From: an uncultured Clostridium sp.
GTDB lineage: Bacteria > Bacillota > Clostridia > TANB77 > CAG-508
DNA: 54,139 bases
Assembly (NCBI GenBank): GCA_946497905.1
Contig: CAMMMI010000001.1
Location: forward strand, 1-54,139
Reading direction: 5' to 3'
A program made the position numbers and the translations under genes. Numbering within the stretch: the first letter of the stretch is position 1; each line of letters begins with the position of its first letter. The notes beneath the pieces were generated by a model, which saw nothing but the letters and a program-made list of their open reading frames with translations, did not search any database and was not told the origin of the DNA. Shown in pieces: positions 34,879 to 45,440 of the stretch.

Positions 34879-37800
34879 TCATTTATTATCAGGATCAGTA
34901 TAGTTCCAACTTCTACCCGTAGTAGTATAAATATAGAAACTACCTTTAGATTTATTTGTTTTATCATCATCTACTCCATATACATAGTTAAACCAATTAG
35001 AGGATGTTAATTTTACAGGTTTATTTCCAGGAGTTCCTACATAAGTAGAATTATAATATTGTCTAATTCTATAGTCAACACCTCTTTCAACACATTTTAC
35101 AATACTTCCTCCACAGTCAGGATTGCCTGTTACAACGATTTTATTAGGTCTAACAACATTTAAAAAAGGAATAGAGGTAGAAGTTCTTATATGATGGTGT
35201 CCTTTTTTTAATACTTGTGCAAATAAATCTTTTTCAGTAAGGCGTGATATTTTATATTTTTTCTCTAATTCATTTAATGTAGTACAGCCTCCATACTTAT
35301 TTTTTAACAAATCATTTACTAAGCTAATATATGATGTTAATGTTACACTATCAGAATTGTTTCCTCCTGTAGATGAATCTATTTGAAGACCATTAGAAAG
35401 TGCAGTATTTTTAGATAATATTTGTTTAGAAGGGACACCCAATAAAATCTCTTCTGTAATAAATTCTGAATCTCCCATTAATAAAATTTTTCTAGAGCCA
35501 TCAATTATTTTAATAACTATCGAATTATTATTAGAAGAACTCATTGTAGTTCCATACGATTCACCTTTATAATTCAAAATGGAAGCTTTTTCTCTAATGC
35601 CTTGAGTAGGGATTCCAGAAGAATCTGTACTAGTGTATAGCCATCTTGTTGGTACATCACTTGACCTATAAGGATTAAAAATATTAAAAATAGAATTATC
35701 AATTTTTAACACATTTCCAGCTGTTACTTTAAGTAATTTGTCATTTTCTTTTGCATAACAATATATAGCTTTAAATTTTGCTGTGCGATTATTTCCTTCC
35801 GCACCATCCAAAATAGGTAGACCATTGTTACTTAAAACTTCATCACCATTGTAGGTTAGTACATTACATCCTAATACAATATTATCAAATTCATATCTTA
35901 ATTTTTCATTATTAATCATATTATTATTATCAATCAAATACCCAGGACTAGATGACTTATAATGTACACCTGTTAATCCTGCAAAACCTCCTATATGATC
36001 TAAATGAGAGTGTGTTAATATCAAATAATCAATATGAACAATTCCATTTTTAGAATTTACCAATGATGTGCCACTTTTACTATTTTTGTCTTTTCTTAAA
36101 TATTTATCAATTTTATCTACATTGTTTACAAAAGTTCCCTCAACATCATCTGCTCCAGTATCAATCATTATAGTTTTTCCGTTCTTGGTTTTTATAAAAA
36201 TGCAATCTGCTGTATATAAACCATCTACGACATCAATAAAATGAACTTCAAGACCATTATTTGATTCAGCAGTTATATCTTTTTCCACCCATCCTGAAAC
36301 AATATCATCACTAGTTTTATCTTTGTAAACATCAATTTTTACCTTCACTTTATAAGTTTTACCTTCTGTCAATTCAGAAAAAGTATAATCATTAGTTGTT
36401 CTACCACCTATAACTTTTTTATCATCTAAATAGTAATCAAAACTTTTTATATAAAAAGAATTATGAACACCAACAGCAACTGTAATATAATTAGAGGCAG
36501 TTGTTTCATTTAAAGTGAATACATAATCTTCATCCTTTTTTACCTCACTATTAGTTTTATTACTAGAATTTGTCGCCATACCTTCTTGAACATAAATTCC
36601 AAGTGTTCCAACTTTGTCTGCTACTGTAACTTCAGCTACATAACTATTTGCATTTCCGGTCACTGTTAAACTACTACTATTTGCAAGTGAACCAGAAAGC
36701 TTAACTTTACTTGTATCTACATTTGTAATATTATCTCCCTCAATTGCTATAGGAAATTGTATTTTAGTACCTGCTGTAATTATATTACCTTCATATGGTG
36801 TTTTAATTTTTACCGTAGGAGTAGAGACCTCTGGCGAATTCTCTTTAGTAACTGTTACTTGGCAAGTAGCAATTTTTCCATTAGATGTAGAAACTGTAAT
36901 TATAGTTTTACCTTCAGATTTTGCAGTTACTAAACCATCTTGAGTAACTTCCGCAACTGTAGTATTACTACTTTCCCAAGTTATTTGAGTCTGAGCATTA
37001 GAAGGAGAGATTGTAGCTTCTAATTTTTCAGTAGGACTAGTATTTATAACTAAACTTAGTAAAGATTTATTTAGTTTTATAGATGTAGGTTCAACAGTTG
37101 GATCTACAGGTGTTTGTGAATTTTCAGACCATTTAGCATATAAAGTTAAGTTTGATGTAGGTGCATATTTTTCACCAGCATTTCCAATTAAAGTTTTAAA
37201 TTCAGCATCTGAATACCATCCACCAAAAGTATATCCAGTTCTTTGAGTATTAGGTAAAGTTATTTCTTGACCTTTTTCCTCATAAAGTGGTATTAATTCA
37301 GCATTACCATTTCCGAATGTGTATGTTATTGTGCTTGAATTTTTGTCAGTGATACTACCAGCACCATCTAATACCCAATTTTTAAAATCTCTTTTCGAAT
37401 TTTGTGAACTAGGTGTAGAAGCTCCATTTGCATTGAATTGTATTTTATAATTAGATTCAGGAGCAGAAATTTGTATTGTACTACCAGATGCACGAGTATA
37501 TTTAGCTCCAGATGAACCTCTAATTGTTAATGTATAGGTATTGTCAGTTTCGGTTTTGGTTATCTTTTTACATAAATTTAACCAACTAGGATGCTTAGTT
37601 TGTATTTTCTGACTTTTATTTGCAGATATATATCTTCCTAAACTAAGTACATCTGTTAGATCAATTTTTCCATTTTCATCAATATCAGCATTAATAGAGG
37701 AATCATCTTTTAAAATCCACTCTGATCTTTTAGTAGTTTTTTGTGCATATATATGACGTAATAATGCTAGTTGATCTGTAAGTGTTATTTTTCCATCTAA

Positions 37801-37953
37801 GTTAATATCTCCCAAATAGTACTCTTTTTCAGATGCTAAAGAATAAGAAAAAATAGATGATATAAAAATAAATATCATTATAATAATTTTAATAATGAAA
37901 TTAGATAATGTGCTATTTTCAAAAACATTTTTATTTCTTTTTTGTAGAAACAT
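34879..37953 (-). CDS. Large secreted multidomain protein: N-terminal dockerin, Listeria-Bacteroides repeat, Big_2, C-terminal MBL-fold (ComEC-like) hydrolase domain
   Basis: Dockerin repeats GDINLDGKITLTDQLALLRHIY and DIDENGKIDLTDVLSLGRYIS. GYTFGGWYSDAEF...LYAKW. Big_2-like SLLSLVINTSPTEKLEATISP. MBL motifs VHFIDV...IMIDTGADD and LILTHSHLDHIGG. Confidence 0.8.
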   Translation of the reverse strand: MFLQKRNKNVFENSTLSNFIIKIIIMIFIFISSIFSYSLASEKEYYLGDINLDGKITLTDQLALLRHIYAQKTTKRSEWILKDDSSINADIDENGKIDLTDVLSLGRYISANKSQKIQTKHPSWLNLCKKITKTETDNTYTLTIRGSSGAKYTRASGSTIQISAPESNYKIQFNANGASTPSSQNSKRDFKNWVLDGAGSITDKNSSTITYTFGNGNAELIPLYEEKGQEITLPNTQRTGYTFGGWYSDAEFKTLIGNAGEKYAPTSNLTLYAKWSENSQTPVDPTVEPTSIKLNKSLLSLVINTSPTEKLEATISPSNAQTQITWESSNTTVAEVTQDGLVTAKSEGKTIITVSTSNGKIATCQVTVTKENSPEVSTPTVKIKTPYEGNIITAGTKIQFPIAIEGDNITNVDTSKVKLSGSLANSSSLTVTGNANSYVAEVTVADKVGTLGIYVQEGMATNSSNKTNSEVKKDEDYVFTLNETTASNYITVAVGVHNSFYIKSFDYYLDDKKVIGGRTTNDYTFSELTEGKTYKVKVKIDVYKDKTSDDIVSGWVEKDITAESNNGLEVHFIDVVDGLYTADCIFIKTKNGKTIMIDTGADDVEGTFVNNVDKIDKYLRKDKNSKSGTSLVNSKNGIVHIDYLILTHSHLDHIGGFAGLTGVHYKSSSPGYLIDNNNMINNEKLRYEFDNIVLGCNVLTYNGDEVLSNNGLPILDGAEGNNRTAKFKAIYCYAKENDKLLKVTAGNVLKIDNSIFNIFNPYRSSDVPTRWLYTSTDSSGIPTQGIREKASILNYKGESYGTTMSSSNNNSIVIKIIDGSRKILLMGDSEFITEEILLGVPSKQILSKNTALSNGLQIDSSTGGNNSDSVTLTSYISLVNDLLKNKYGGCTTLNELEKKYKISRLTEKDLFAQVLKKGHHHIRTSTSIPFLNVVRPNKIVVTGNPDCGGSIVKCVERGVDYRIRQYYNSTYVGTPGNKPVKLTSSNWFNYVYGVDDDKTNKSKGSFYIYTTTGRSWNYTDPDNK

Positions 37954-38163
37954 AAAAACTCCCCTTACATTAAATATTATAATATATTATATTACATAAA
38001 TATAAATATATAAAGAAGGGATATTTAGAAAAAAGAAAGATATATCAAAATATGTCTACGCAAAGAACAGATATATGCTTTTAGCATAAAATTTAAAAAT
38101 ATATGTTTTTTTGATGACAAATATGTAACATATTTCTATATCTACTATAGCCGTAAGATTACA

Positions 38164-38778
38164 TTAATTACCAAAAAATAATCCCAAAAATCCAACAATA
38201 CCAAAAACAATAAAAATAAAATTAGACAAAAACTCAATAAAGTCATGATTTAATTTTGAACTAATAAATTTAGCAAAAAATATAGCAATACAATTACTAG
38301 TAACCATCCCAAAAATACAGCCCAAAATCAAAGAAAGCTTGTAATCTGGGAATTGTAGAGCCATACCCAAAGAAGACAAAAAAGTCTTATCACCAATCTC
38401 ACCAACAAAAATGCTAATAGCAATCAAAAAAACATAATTAAATTTAAGAGAAGATAATCTTTGTAAAAAAGAAACTTTGCCAGAATTTTCTGACTCACTA
38501 TGTTTAGGTAAAAAACCAATAAAGCCAAATAACAAAAAAGAAGAATATGTAATAATTTTTAAATAAAAATTAAAAAAATCATTATCAAAAGAAGCAATTT
38601 GGCTACCAAACAAGATAGCAAGACCATGGCTAAAAAAAGTGCCAATAACAACTCCTAAAAGAACATTAGAAACTTTACTCTTATTTGAAAAAGACAAAAC
38701 TAATAATTGTGTTTTATCTCCAAGTTCAGATAAAAAGATAATAGAAAAAGTAATAAAAAAAGTATATACAAAATTCAT
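38164..38778 (-). CDS. UPF0016 / GDT1 (TMEM165) family cation (Mn2+/Ca2+) transporter
   Basis: Two E-x-G-D-K-T motifs (ELGDKTQLL, EIGDKTFLS) in a 6-7 TM protein. Confidence 0.85.
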   Translation of the reverse strand: MNFVYTFFITFSIIFLSELGDKTQLLVLSFSNKSKVSNVLLGVVIGTFFSHGLAILFGSQIASFDNDFFNFYLKIITYSSFLLFGFIGFLPKHSESENSGKVSFLQRLSSLKFNYVFLIAISIFVGEIGDKTFLSSLGMALQFPDYKLSLILGCIFGMVTSNCIAIFFAKFISSKLNHDFIEFLSNFIFIVFGIVGFLGLFFGN

Positions 38779-39129
38779 AGAAACCTCTTTTCAATAAAAG
38801 ATATGCAAAATAGCAAAAAAATATGAATTGACAAAAGATTTAAACAAAAACAGATTAAAACTATTGCTTTTAGGTTTCCTATCTATCACTAAAAAATTAA
38901 ATCACACCCAAAAAAATTTAAAATTTAATAAAATAAAATTCTACAATTAAAAAATCACAAAGTGTGAAAATCCGTAAGAAAAAATGTGAAATTTTTGTGA
39001 ATTTCTTTACTTTGAAAATTTAAAATGGTAATATATAACAGAGTGAAAAATTAACTCTTTATAAAAGGAAAAAAGCTACATAGAAAAAATAAAACAAATT
39101 TTTTCTAAACAAAAAAAGGAGGAACTTTT

Positions 39130-40071
39130 GTGATAGAATTAAAAAATGTTACAAAAAAATATGGAAAAGTAACAGCAGTAGACAATATTAATTTTTCTGT
39201 AAAAGAAGGAGAAATTGTAGGATTACTTGGTCCAAATGGAGCTGGAAAAAGTACAACTATGAATATGATGACAGGGTTTATAGAACAAACAGAAGGAGAA
39301 ATAATGATTAATGGTTTTGATATTACTAAAAAACCAAAAAAAGCTAAAAAATGTATAGGGTATATGCCAGAAGGAGTACCACTATATACAGACCTAACAG
39401 TTAAAGAATTTGTAACATATATGGCAGAAATTAAGCAAGTAAATAAAAAAGAAAGAAAAGAAAAAATTAAACAAATAATAGAAAAGACAGGATTAAAAGA
39501 TGTAGAAAAAAAAGTTATAAAGAATCTATCAAGAGGATATAAGCAAAGAGTAAGTATGGCAGGAGCATTAGTTGGAGACCCTAAAATACTTATATTGGAT
39601 GAACCAACAGTAGGATTAGATCCAAAACAGATAACAGAAATAAGAAATATGATAAAAGAACTAGGAAAAACACATACAGTAATATTAAGCTCACATATAT
39701 TATCTGAAGTAAGCCAAATATGCAATAAAGTAATAATTATAAATAAAGGAAAAATAGTAGCAATAGATACACCAGAAAATTTGGAAAATAGAGTAAACAA
39801 TAAAAATTGTATCTATGTTACAGTAGAAGACAACGAAAATAAAATATACACAATAAAAAATAAAATTAAAGAAATAAAAAGTGTACAGATTACACAAAAA
39901 AATGAGGATGGAACAAAACAATATATAATAGAAGCAGAAGGAGAAATAGATTTAAGAAAGACAATATTTAATGAATTTGCAAAAGAAAATATAACAATTT
40001 TTGAAATGAAAAAAGCTGATACAACACTAGAAGAAGCATTTATGAAACTAATTGAAGGAGGTAATAAATAA
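39130..40071 (+). CDS. ABC-2-type transporter ATP-binding protein (GldA-like)
   Basis: GTG start after AAGGAGG. Walker A GPNGAGKST, signature LSRGYKQR, Walker B ILILDEPTVGLD. Confidence 0.85.
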   Translation: MIELKNVTKKYGKVTAVDNINFSVKEGEIVGLLGPNGAGKSTTMNMMTGFIEQTEGEIMINGFDITKKPKKAKKCIGYMPEGVPLYTDLTVKEFVTYMAEIKQVNKKERKEKIKQIIEKTGLKDVEKKVIKNLSRGYKQRVSMAGALVGDPKILILDEPTVGLDPKQITEIRNMIKELGKTHTVILSSHILSEVSQICNKVIIINKGKIVAIDTPENLENRVNNKNCIYVTVEDNENKIYTIKNKIKEIKSVQITQKNEDGTKQYIIEAEGEIDLRKTIFNEFAKENITIFEMKKADTTLEEAFMKLIEGGNK

Positions 40072-40751
40072 TGTGGGCAGTTATGAAAAAAGAATTTAAA
40101 TCATATTTCTTCTCACCAGTAGGATATGTATTTATAGGATTATTTTTAATAATGTTTAGCATATTTTTCTATTTAGATGTATTTACATATCAAAGTACCA
40201 AATTTGAATATATATTTTATTCAGGAGCAACAATATTAACATTTATAATACCAATATTAACAATGAGAACTATAGCAGAAGAAAGAAAAACAGGTACAGA
40301 GCAATTGTTACTAACATCACCAGTAAGTATAACAAAAATGGTATTAGGAAAATTTTTAGCAGCAGTAGCAATAGTAGTTATTACAGAACTTTGTACATTC
40401 ATGTATTTTGGAATATTATGTTTTTTTGGAACTCCACATATAACAACAGCATTAGTAACTTTATTAGGTTTTTTACTACTAGCAATAAGTTATATTTCAT
40501 TTGGAATACTTGCATCTAGTATAACAGAAAATCAAATTATTGCAGGAGTAATAACAATTGGATTTTTCATATTAACATGGTTTTTACCAAATATTAATGA
40601 AATATTTACAAACTTTTCATTAATTAATATGTTTTCTAAATTTCCAAGTGGACAAATAGATATTGCTGATACAGTAACGTTTATAACTTTTTCAATTGCA
40701 TGTATATTATTAACAATAATAGTTATGCAAAGAAGAAAAAGTGTAAGATAA
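40071..40751 (+). CDS. ABC-2 family permease (GldF-like)
   Basis: Overlapping start/stop with the ATPase gene; 6 TM helices; AEERKTGTEQLLLTSP motif typical of ABC-2 permeases. Confidence 0.8.
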   Translation: MWAVMKKEFKSYFFSPVGYVFIGLFLIMFSIFFYLDVFTYQSTKFEYIFYSGATILTFIIPILTMRTIAEERKTGTEQLLLTSPVSITKMVLGKFLAAVAIVVITELCTFMYFGILCFFGTPHITTALVTLLGFLLLAISYISFGILASSITENQIIAGVITIGFFILTWFLPNINEIFTNFSLINMFSKFPSGQIDIADTVTFITFSIACILLTIIVMQRRKSVR

Positions 40752-40765
40752 AGGAGGAAATGTAA

Positions 40766-42286
40766 TTGAAAGAAAAGAAAGAAAAAGTTTCAAAAATAAA
40801 AACAGACAAAAAAGAAAAAAAGCCTAATAAATTCATACAAACAATAAAGAAAAAATGGTTAATAGATGGAACAAAAACTTTAATATTAATTTTAGCAATA
40901 ATAGCTATATGTATTGCAATAAATATATTAATGCAAAACTTAGAATTAGCACCATTGGACTTTACACAAGAAAAACTATATACATTATCAGATGAAACAA
41001 AAGAAAAAGTTAAAGATATAGACAAAAATGTAAATATATATTTTATAGGATACACAGACGAAAGTCCAGATGTAGACCTGTCAAAACAATTTAAAAATGC
41101 AAATGAAAAAATAGTTACAGAAGCAGTAGATATAAACAATAGACCTGATTTAGCACAAAAATATGGAATAGAAAGTGGAACAGAAGGAATAATTGTAGAA
41201 TGTGGAGATAAATCTAAAGTATTAACGTCAAGTGATTTAGTAACATATGATTCAAGTACATATGAAACAATAAGTATAGCAGAAGAAAAATTAACAAGTG
41301 CAATCATATCTGTTACAGCAGACAAAGTACCAACAGTATATTTCCTAGAAGGATATAGCGACTTTTCATTAAGTAATAATATGAATTATTTAAATATGTA
41401 TTTAGGAAACGAAATAAACGAAATAAAAACACTAAATATATTAAATGAAGGGAAAATTCCAGATGATTGCGATACACTAGTAATCACAACACCAAGTAAG
41501 GACTTTGATGATATTGCAACAAATGAAATATTAGAATATATAAATTCAGGAAAAAATATATTATGGCTAAATGCAGCAATAACAACTACAGAAGATATGC
41601 CAAATGTTAATAAAATATTAGCAATATATGGAGTGAATGCATTTGATTCGGGAATAATAAAAGAAACAGATTCAGAACATATGGTATCAGGATCACCAGA
41701 TTTAATAATGCCAGAAGTACAATATTCAACAATAACAAAAGATTTATATAATAGTATGCCACCAATATTTGTAAATGCAACAAAAATAAATATAGATACA
41801 GATAAACTAGAAGATTTAAATGTAGAAAAAACAGATTTATTATCAACAAGTCAAAATGCATATTTTAGAACAGATTTAAGCATGCAAACAGATACACCAG
41901 CAGAAGGAGAAGAAACAGGAAGCTTTATAGTAGGAGCAGAATTAGATAAAACAGTTTCAGCAGCAAATGAAGAAACAGGAGAAAGTGCTGTAATATCAAA
42001 ACTTGTAATATATGGAGAAAATGTATTTATATCAGACTATCAATTAATACAAAACTCACAATATAGTGCAATTATGTTAGGTGGAAACAAAGATTTAGTT
42101 TTAAACTCAATAGCATATTTAGTAGATAGAGAAGATGATATAACAGTAAGGAAAAGCACAGGAACAGTAACTTATACAGCAACTGAACAACAAGATACAG
42201 TAGTAAAAGCAATAATATTCACAATACCAGCAATAATAATCATAGTAGGAATCATTATTTGGCAAGTAAGAAGAAGAAAAAAATAG
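40766..42286 (+). CDS. GldG-like ABC-transporter auxiliary protein
   Basis: TTG start 8 nt after AGGAGG. N- and C-terminal TM anchors flank a large extracytoplasmic domain. Gene order ATPase-permease-GldG. Confidence 0.7.
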   Translation: MKEKKEKVSKIKTDKKEKKPNKFIQTIKKKWLIDGTKTLILILAIIAICIAINILMQNLELAPLDFTQEKLYTLSDETKEKVKDIDKNVNIYFIGYTDESPDVDLSKQFKNANEKIVTEAVDINNRPDLAQKYGIESGTEGIIVECGDKSKVLTSSDLVTYDSSTYETISIAEEKLTSAIISVTADKVPTVYFLEGYSDFSLSNNMNYLNMYLGNEINEIKTLNILNEGKIPDDCDTLVITTPSKDFDDIATNEILEYINSGKNILWLNAAITTTEDMPNVNKILAIYGVNAFDSGIIKETDSEHMVSGSPDLIMPEVQYSTITKDLYNSMPPIFVNATKINIDTDKLEDLNVEKTDLLSTSQNAYFRTDLSMQTDTPAEGEETGSFIVGAELDKTVSAANEETGESAVISKLVIYGENVFISDYQLIQNSQYSAIMLGGNKDLVLNSIAYLVDREDDITVRKSTGTVTYTATEQQDTVVKAIIFTIPAIIIIVGIIIWQVRRRKK

Positions 42287-42330
42287 AATAAAAGTTTAAA
42301 AGCCCCATAAAATAATATGGGGTTTTATTT

Positions 42331-43374
42331 ATGAAAAATATATTAAAAATAGTATTTGTAATAATTGGAGCACTAATAGGTGCTGGGTTTGCCTCTGGGC
42401 AAGAAATAAATATATTCTTCTTCTCACATGGAATACAAGGACTATTTGGGATAATTATTTCATCTGTACTGATGGGAATAATAATATATAACACATTAAA
42501 TATTATCAATAAATACGACATAAAAAATTACAAAGAATTTTTAGATATATTAATAAAAAAAGACAGCATAATAAAAAATATAATCAATTTAATAATAAAT
42601 ATATTCATATTAATAACATTTTTTATAATGATAGCTGGATTCGGAGCATATTTTGAGCAAGAATTTGGTATAAATAGCATAATTGGAAGTATAATTCTTG
42701 CAATATTAAACTTTATAATATTCAACAAAAGTATAGAAGGATTAATAAAAGCAAATGGCATTTTAATACCAATACTAATACTTTTTTTAATTATAATTGG
42801 ATTTTTATGTTCAAAAGAAATAAATATACTAGAAATACAAAAATATGTAGTAAAATCAAATGGATTAAAATGGTTACTTGATGCAATATTATATTGTAGT
42901 TATAACAGTATATTATTAATACCAGTTATAATAACACTAAAAAAATATATAAAAAACAGAAAACAAACTATATTAATATCAACAATAACAACAATCATAA
43001 CAATAGGATTATCAATAATAATATATATGATATTACTAAAAGTAGATGTAGATATAACAAAATTAGAAATGCCAGCAGTATATGTAGTATCAAATATGTT
43101 TAAAATATTAAGAATTATATATGGATTTATAATATTAGCTTCAATTTTTACAACAAGTATATCTTTGGGAACTAGCTTTTTAGAAAATACATGTAATAAT
43201 AAAAAAAGTTATAAACAAATTGCGATAATAATGTGCATAAGTTCTGTTTTAGTATCAAAAATTGGATTTTCAAATTTAGTTAATATGCTTTATCCAATAT
43301 TTGGCTACTTAGGAATAATTCAAATAATAAAAATTACCAATTTGGGGACGTGTCCAAAATTGGAAAATTCTTAA
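42331..43374 (+). CDS. YkvI-family membrane protein; last ~13 codons and stop lie inside a palindromic repeat
   Basis: N-terminal GALIGAGFASGQEINIFF signature; about 10 TM helices. The tail ITNLGTCPKLENS* is encoded by 43336-43374. Confidence 0.75.
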   Translation: MKNILKIVFVIIGALIGAGFASGQEINIFFFSHGIQGLFGIIISSVLMGIIIYNTLNIINKYDIKNYKEFLDILIKKDSIIKNIINLIINIFILITFFIMIAGFGAYFEQEFGINSIIGSIILAILNFIIFNKSIEGLIKANGILIPILILFLIIIGFLCSKEINILEIQKYVVKSNGLKWLLDAILYCSYNSILLIPVIITLKKYIKNRKQTILISTITTIITIGLSIIIYMILLKVDVDITKLEMPAVYVVSNMFKILRIIYGFIILASIFTTSISLGTSFLENTCNNKKSYKQIAIIMCISSVLVSKIGFSNLVNMLYPIFGYLGIIQIIKITNLGTCPKLENS

Positions 43375-43451
43375 GCAGTATTATTTTTATATTCATAAAA
43401 ATAGAGATTATAAATCTCAAATTCCAATTTTGGACACGTCCCCAAATTGGT
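43336..43451. mobile_element. MITE-like element: two perfect 30-bp inverted copies of the palindromic repeat flanking a 56-bp AT-rich core
   Basis: 43336-43365 (accaatttggggacgtgtccaaaattggaa) is the exact reverse complement of 43422-43451. Confidence 0.6.
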
Positions 43452-43528
43452 AAAAACGTCCTCTTTCTCTTGACATATAACAATTTAGTATAGTAAAATA
43501 AACCTATAAAAATCTACAAGGAGAGAAA

Positions 43529-44707
43529 ATGAAAGATTTTTGGATAGAAACTGAAGAGAAAAAAATAAACAAAAAAAAGATAATAATATTAACTCTTATA
43601 ATACTAATAGCTATAGCAATTATTAGTATTATAGCTGTTTATGTGGCCAATAAAGAAATAAGAGAATGGATAGATGTTAATATATTTAGAAAACAAGTTG
43701 TTCAAGACAAAGTAGCAACAATAGAATTAAAAGACATACAAAATAGTAATATTTATGCTTTTAACAAATATATAGGGATACTAAATAAAAATAAATTTTC
43801 TATATATGGAAATTCAGGAAATGAAGAAAAATCATTAGATATTCAAATTACTAATCCAGTATTTAGTTCTGAAAATAGATTTTTAGCAATAGGAGAAATA
43901 GGAGGGCAAAAAGTATATCTAATTGAAGATAAAGATATATCATGGGAAACATCAATAGAAGGAAATATTTCACAAATACATGTAAATAGAAATGGATATG
44001 TAGCTGTAGTTTTATCAGACGCAAGCAATAAAACAGTAATCCAAATGTATAATACAGAAGGAAAACCATTATTTAAAACATATGCACCATATAATAGAAG
44101 TACTGATGTAACAATATCAAATGATAATAAATACCTAGCAATAGCAGAAATAGATACATCAGGAACGATTATACAATCAAATATAAAAATTATTTCTATA
44201 GAAAAAGCGTCTACAGAATCTGAAAATTCAATAGAAAATACATATAAATGTGAAAGTGGTAAATTATTAACAGATTTAAAGTACCAAGATAAAAATATAT
44301 TAATATGTATGTACACAGATTCAATTACAAAATATCAAAATGAACAAGAAACGACTTTAATTGATAATAATAATAAAAAAGTAATATTTCAATCAATAGA
44401 ATTGAATGGTAATATAGCCTCTATTGAAGAAAAATCATCTGGATTATTTACAGCAGATTCACTTATTAACATAGTAAATACAGAAAGCAACAATGCAAAA
44501 TCATATACAGTAAATTCAATTGCCAAAGAAGTTTATACCAATGGTAATATTATTGCACTAAATTTAGGAACAGAAGTAGAATTTATAAATACAGGAGGAT
44601 GGCTAGTAAAAAGATATGTTGCAAACCAAGAAATAACTAATGTTGCTATGTCAGAAAGTATTGCAGGAATAATTTACAGAGATAAAATAGAGATAATTAA
44701 TCTTTAA
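43529..44707 (+). CDS. Membrane-anchored hypothetical protein (possibly DUF5711-like, beta-rich ectodomain)
   Basis: GGAGAG RBS; a single N-terminal TM helix followed by a repetitive beta-strand-like sequence. Confidence 0.6.
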   Translation: MKDFWIETEEKKINKKKIIILTLIILIAIAIISIIAVYVANKEIREWIDVNIFRKQVVQDKVATIELKDIQNSNIYAFNKYIGILNKNKFSIYGNSGNEEKSLDIQITNPVFSSENRFLAIGEIGGQKVYLIEDKDISWETSIEGNISQIHVNRNGYVAVVLSDASNKTVIQMYNTEGKPLFKTYAPYNRSTDVTISNDNKYLAIAEIDTSGTIIQSNIKIISIEKASTESENSIENTYKCESGKLLTDLKYQDKNILICMYTDSITKYQNEQETTLIDNNNKKVIFQSIELNGNIASIEEKSSGLFTADSLINIVNTESNNAKSYTVNSIAKEVYTNGNIIALNLGTEVEFINTGGWLVKRYVANQEITNVAMSESIAGIIYRDKIEIINL

Positions 44708-44720
44708 AAAGGAGGACGAA

Positions 44721-45338
44721 ATGGGATTAATAATAGATATAATTATTATAGCAATTATAGCATTATCGGTATTTTTAGGATATAAAAAAGGAATAGTGGC
44801 ATTATCAATTCAATTATTTGCTTTTATCATAGCAGTAGTAATAACATTTATTTTATATCAACCAATTACAAATTTGATAGTAAATGCTACTGGAATAGAT
44901 GAAAGTATCCAAAATGCGATATTAGAAAAAGCAAATGACATAATGCAAGAAGATAATGAGTTAAGTAATACTGTTATAGAAGAAGCAAAAAATAACATGT
45001 TACCAGAAACAGCAAGAACATTATCAATTAATATAATTACATTTGTAGTAATGATATTATTATTCTTATTAGTAAAAATAGGCCTAAGATTTGTAACAGC
45101 TTTAGCAAATTTAGTAACAAAATTACCTATCCTAAAACAAGTTAATGAATTAGGAGGAATTATATATGGACTGATAAGAGGAATATTAATAATATATGTT
45201 GCTTTATTAATAATTAATATATCAGGAGAAATAAGTCCAGAAAATAGTGTTTATGAAAATGTTAATAAAACAAATATAGGTAAAATGATGATGGAATACA
45301 ATGTATTAAATGTATTTTTAGATAAAGTAAATATCTAA
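44721..45338 (+). CDS. CvpA-family membrane protein
   Basis: AGGAGG RBS. MGLIIDIIIIAIIALSVFLGYKKGIV N-terminus and a 4-TM layout typical of CvpA. Confidence 0.7.
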   Translation: MGLIIDIIIIAIIALSVFLGYKKGIVALSIQLFAFIIAVVITFILYQPITNLIVNATGIDESIQNAILEKANDIMQEDNELSNTVIEEAKNNMLPETARTLSINIITFVVMILLFLLVKIGLRFVTALANLVTKLPILKQVNELGGIIYGLIRGILIIYVALLIINISGEISPENSVYENVNKTNIGKMMMEYNVLNVFLDKVNI

Positions 45339-45440
45339 AATAAAAAAATATTTCCAATTTTTTAAATTTGTCTAAATTTGTTGCGTTTTGCCCATAAATT
45401 TGTTATACTTACTACATGAAATTTTTAGGAGTGGATTATT

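Noticed and set aside
38779-38990. yybP-ykoY manganese riboswitch upstream of the UPF0016 transporter gene
   Set aside because: I could not find the conserved GGGGAGUAG and UUGACA-type loop motifs in the leader. Only a 7-bp GAAACCT/AGGTTTC pairing overlaps the SD. An Infernal scan would settle it.
38905-39000. TCACA/TGTGA repeats (TCACAAAGTGTGA, TGTGAAA x3) as a CRP/FNR-type site between the UPF0016 gene and the ABC-2 operon
   Set aside because: The spacing does not match TGTGA-N6-TCACA and no clear promoter context was seen. Noted only as a possible regulator site.
39105-39800. Long antisense ORFs inside well-supported genes: 39105-39800, 40723-41325, 31500-32045, 43843-44316, 48838-49293, 8165-8638, 10497-10934 and others
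   Set aside because: Each is fully embedded opposite a gene with clear family motifs. The translations are Phe/Ile/Leu/Ser-rich, as is typical of antisense A-rich coding DNA, and there are no ribosome-binding sites.
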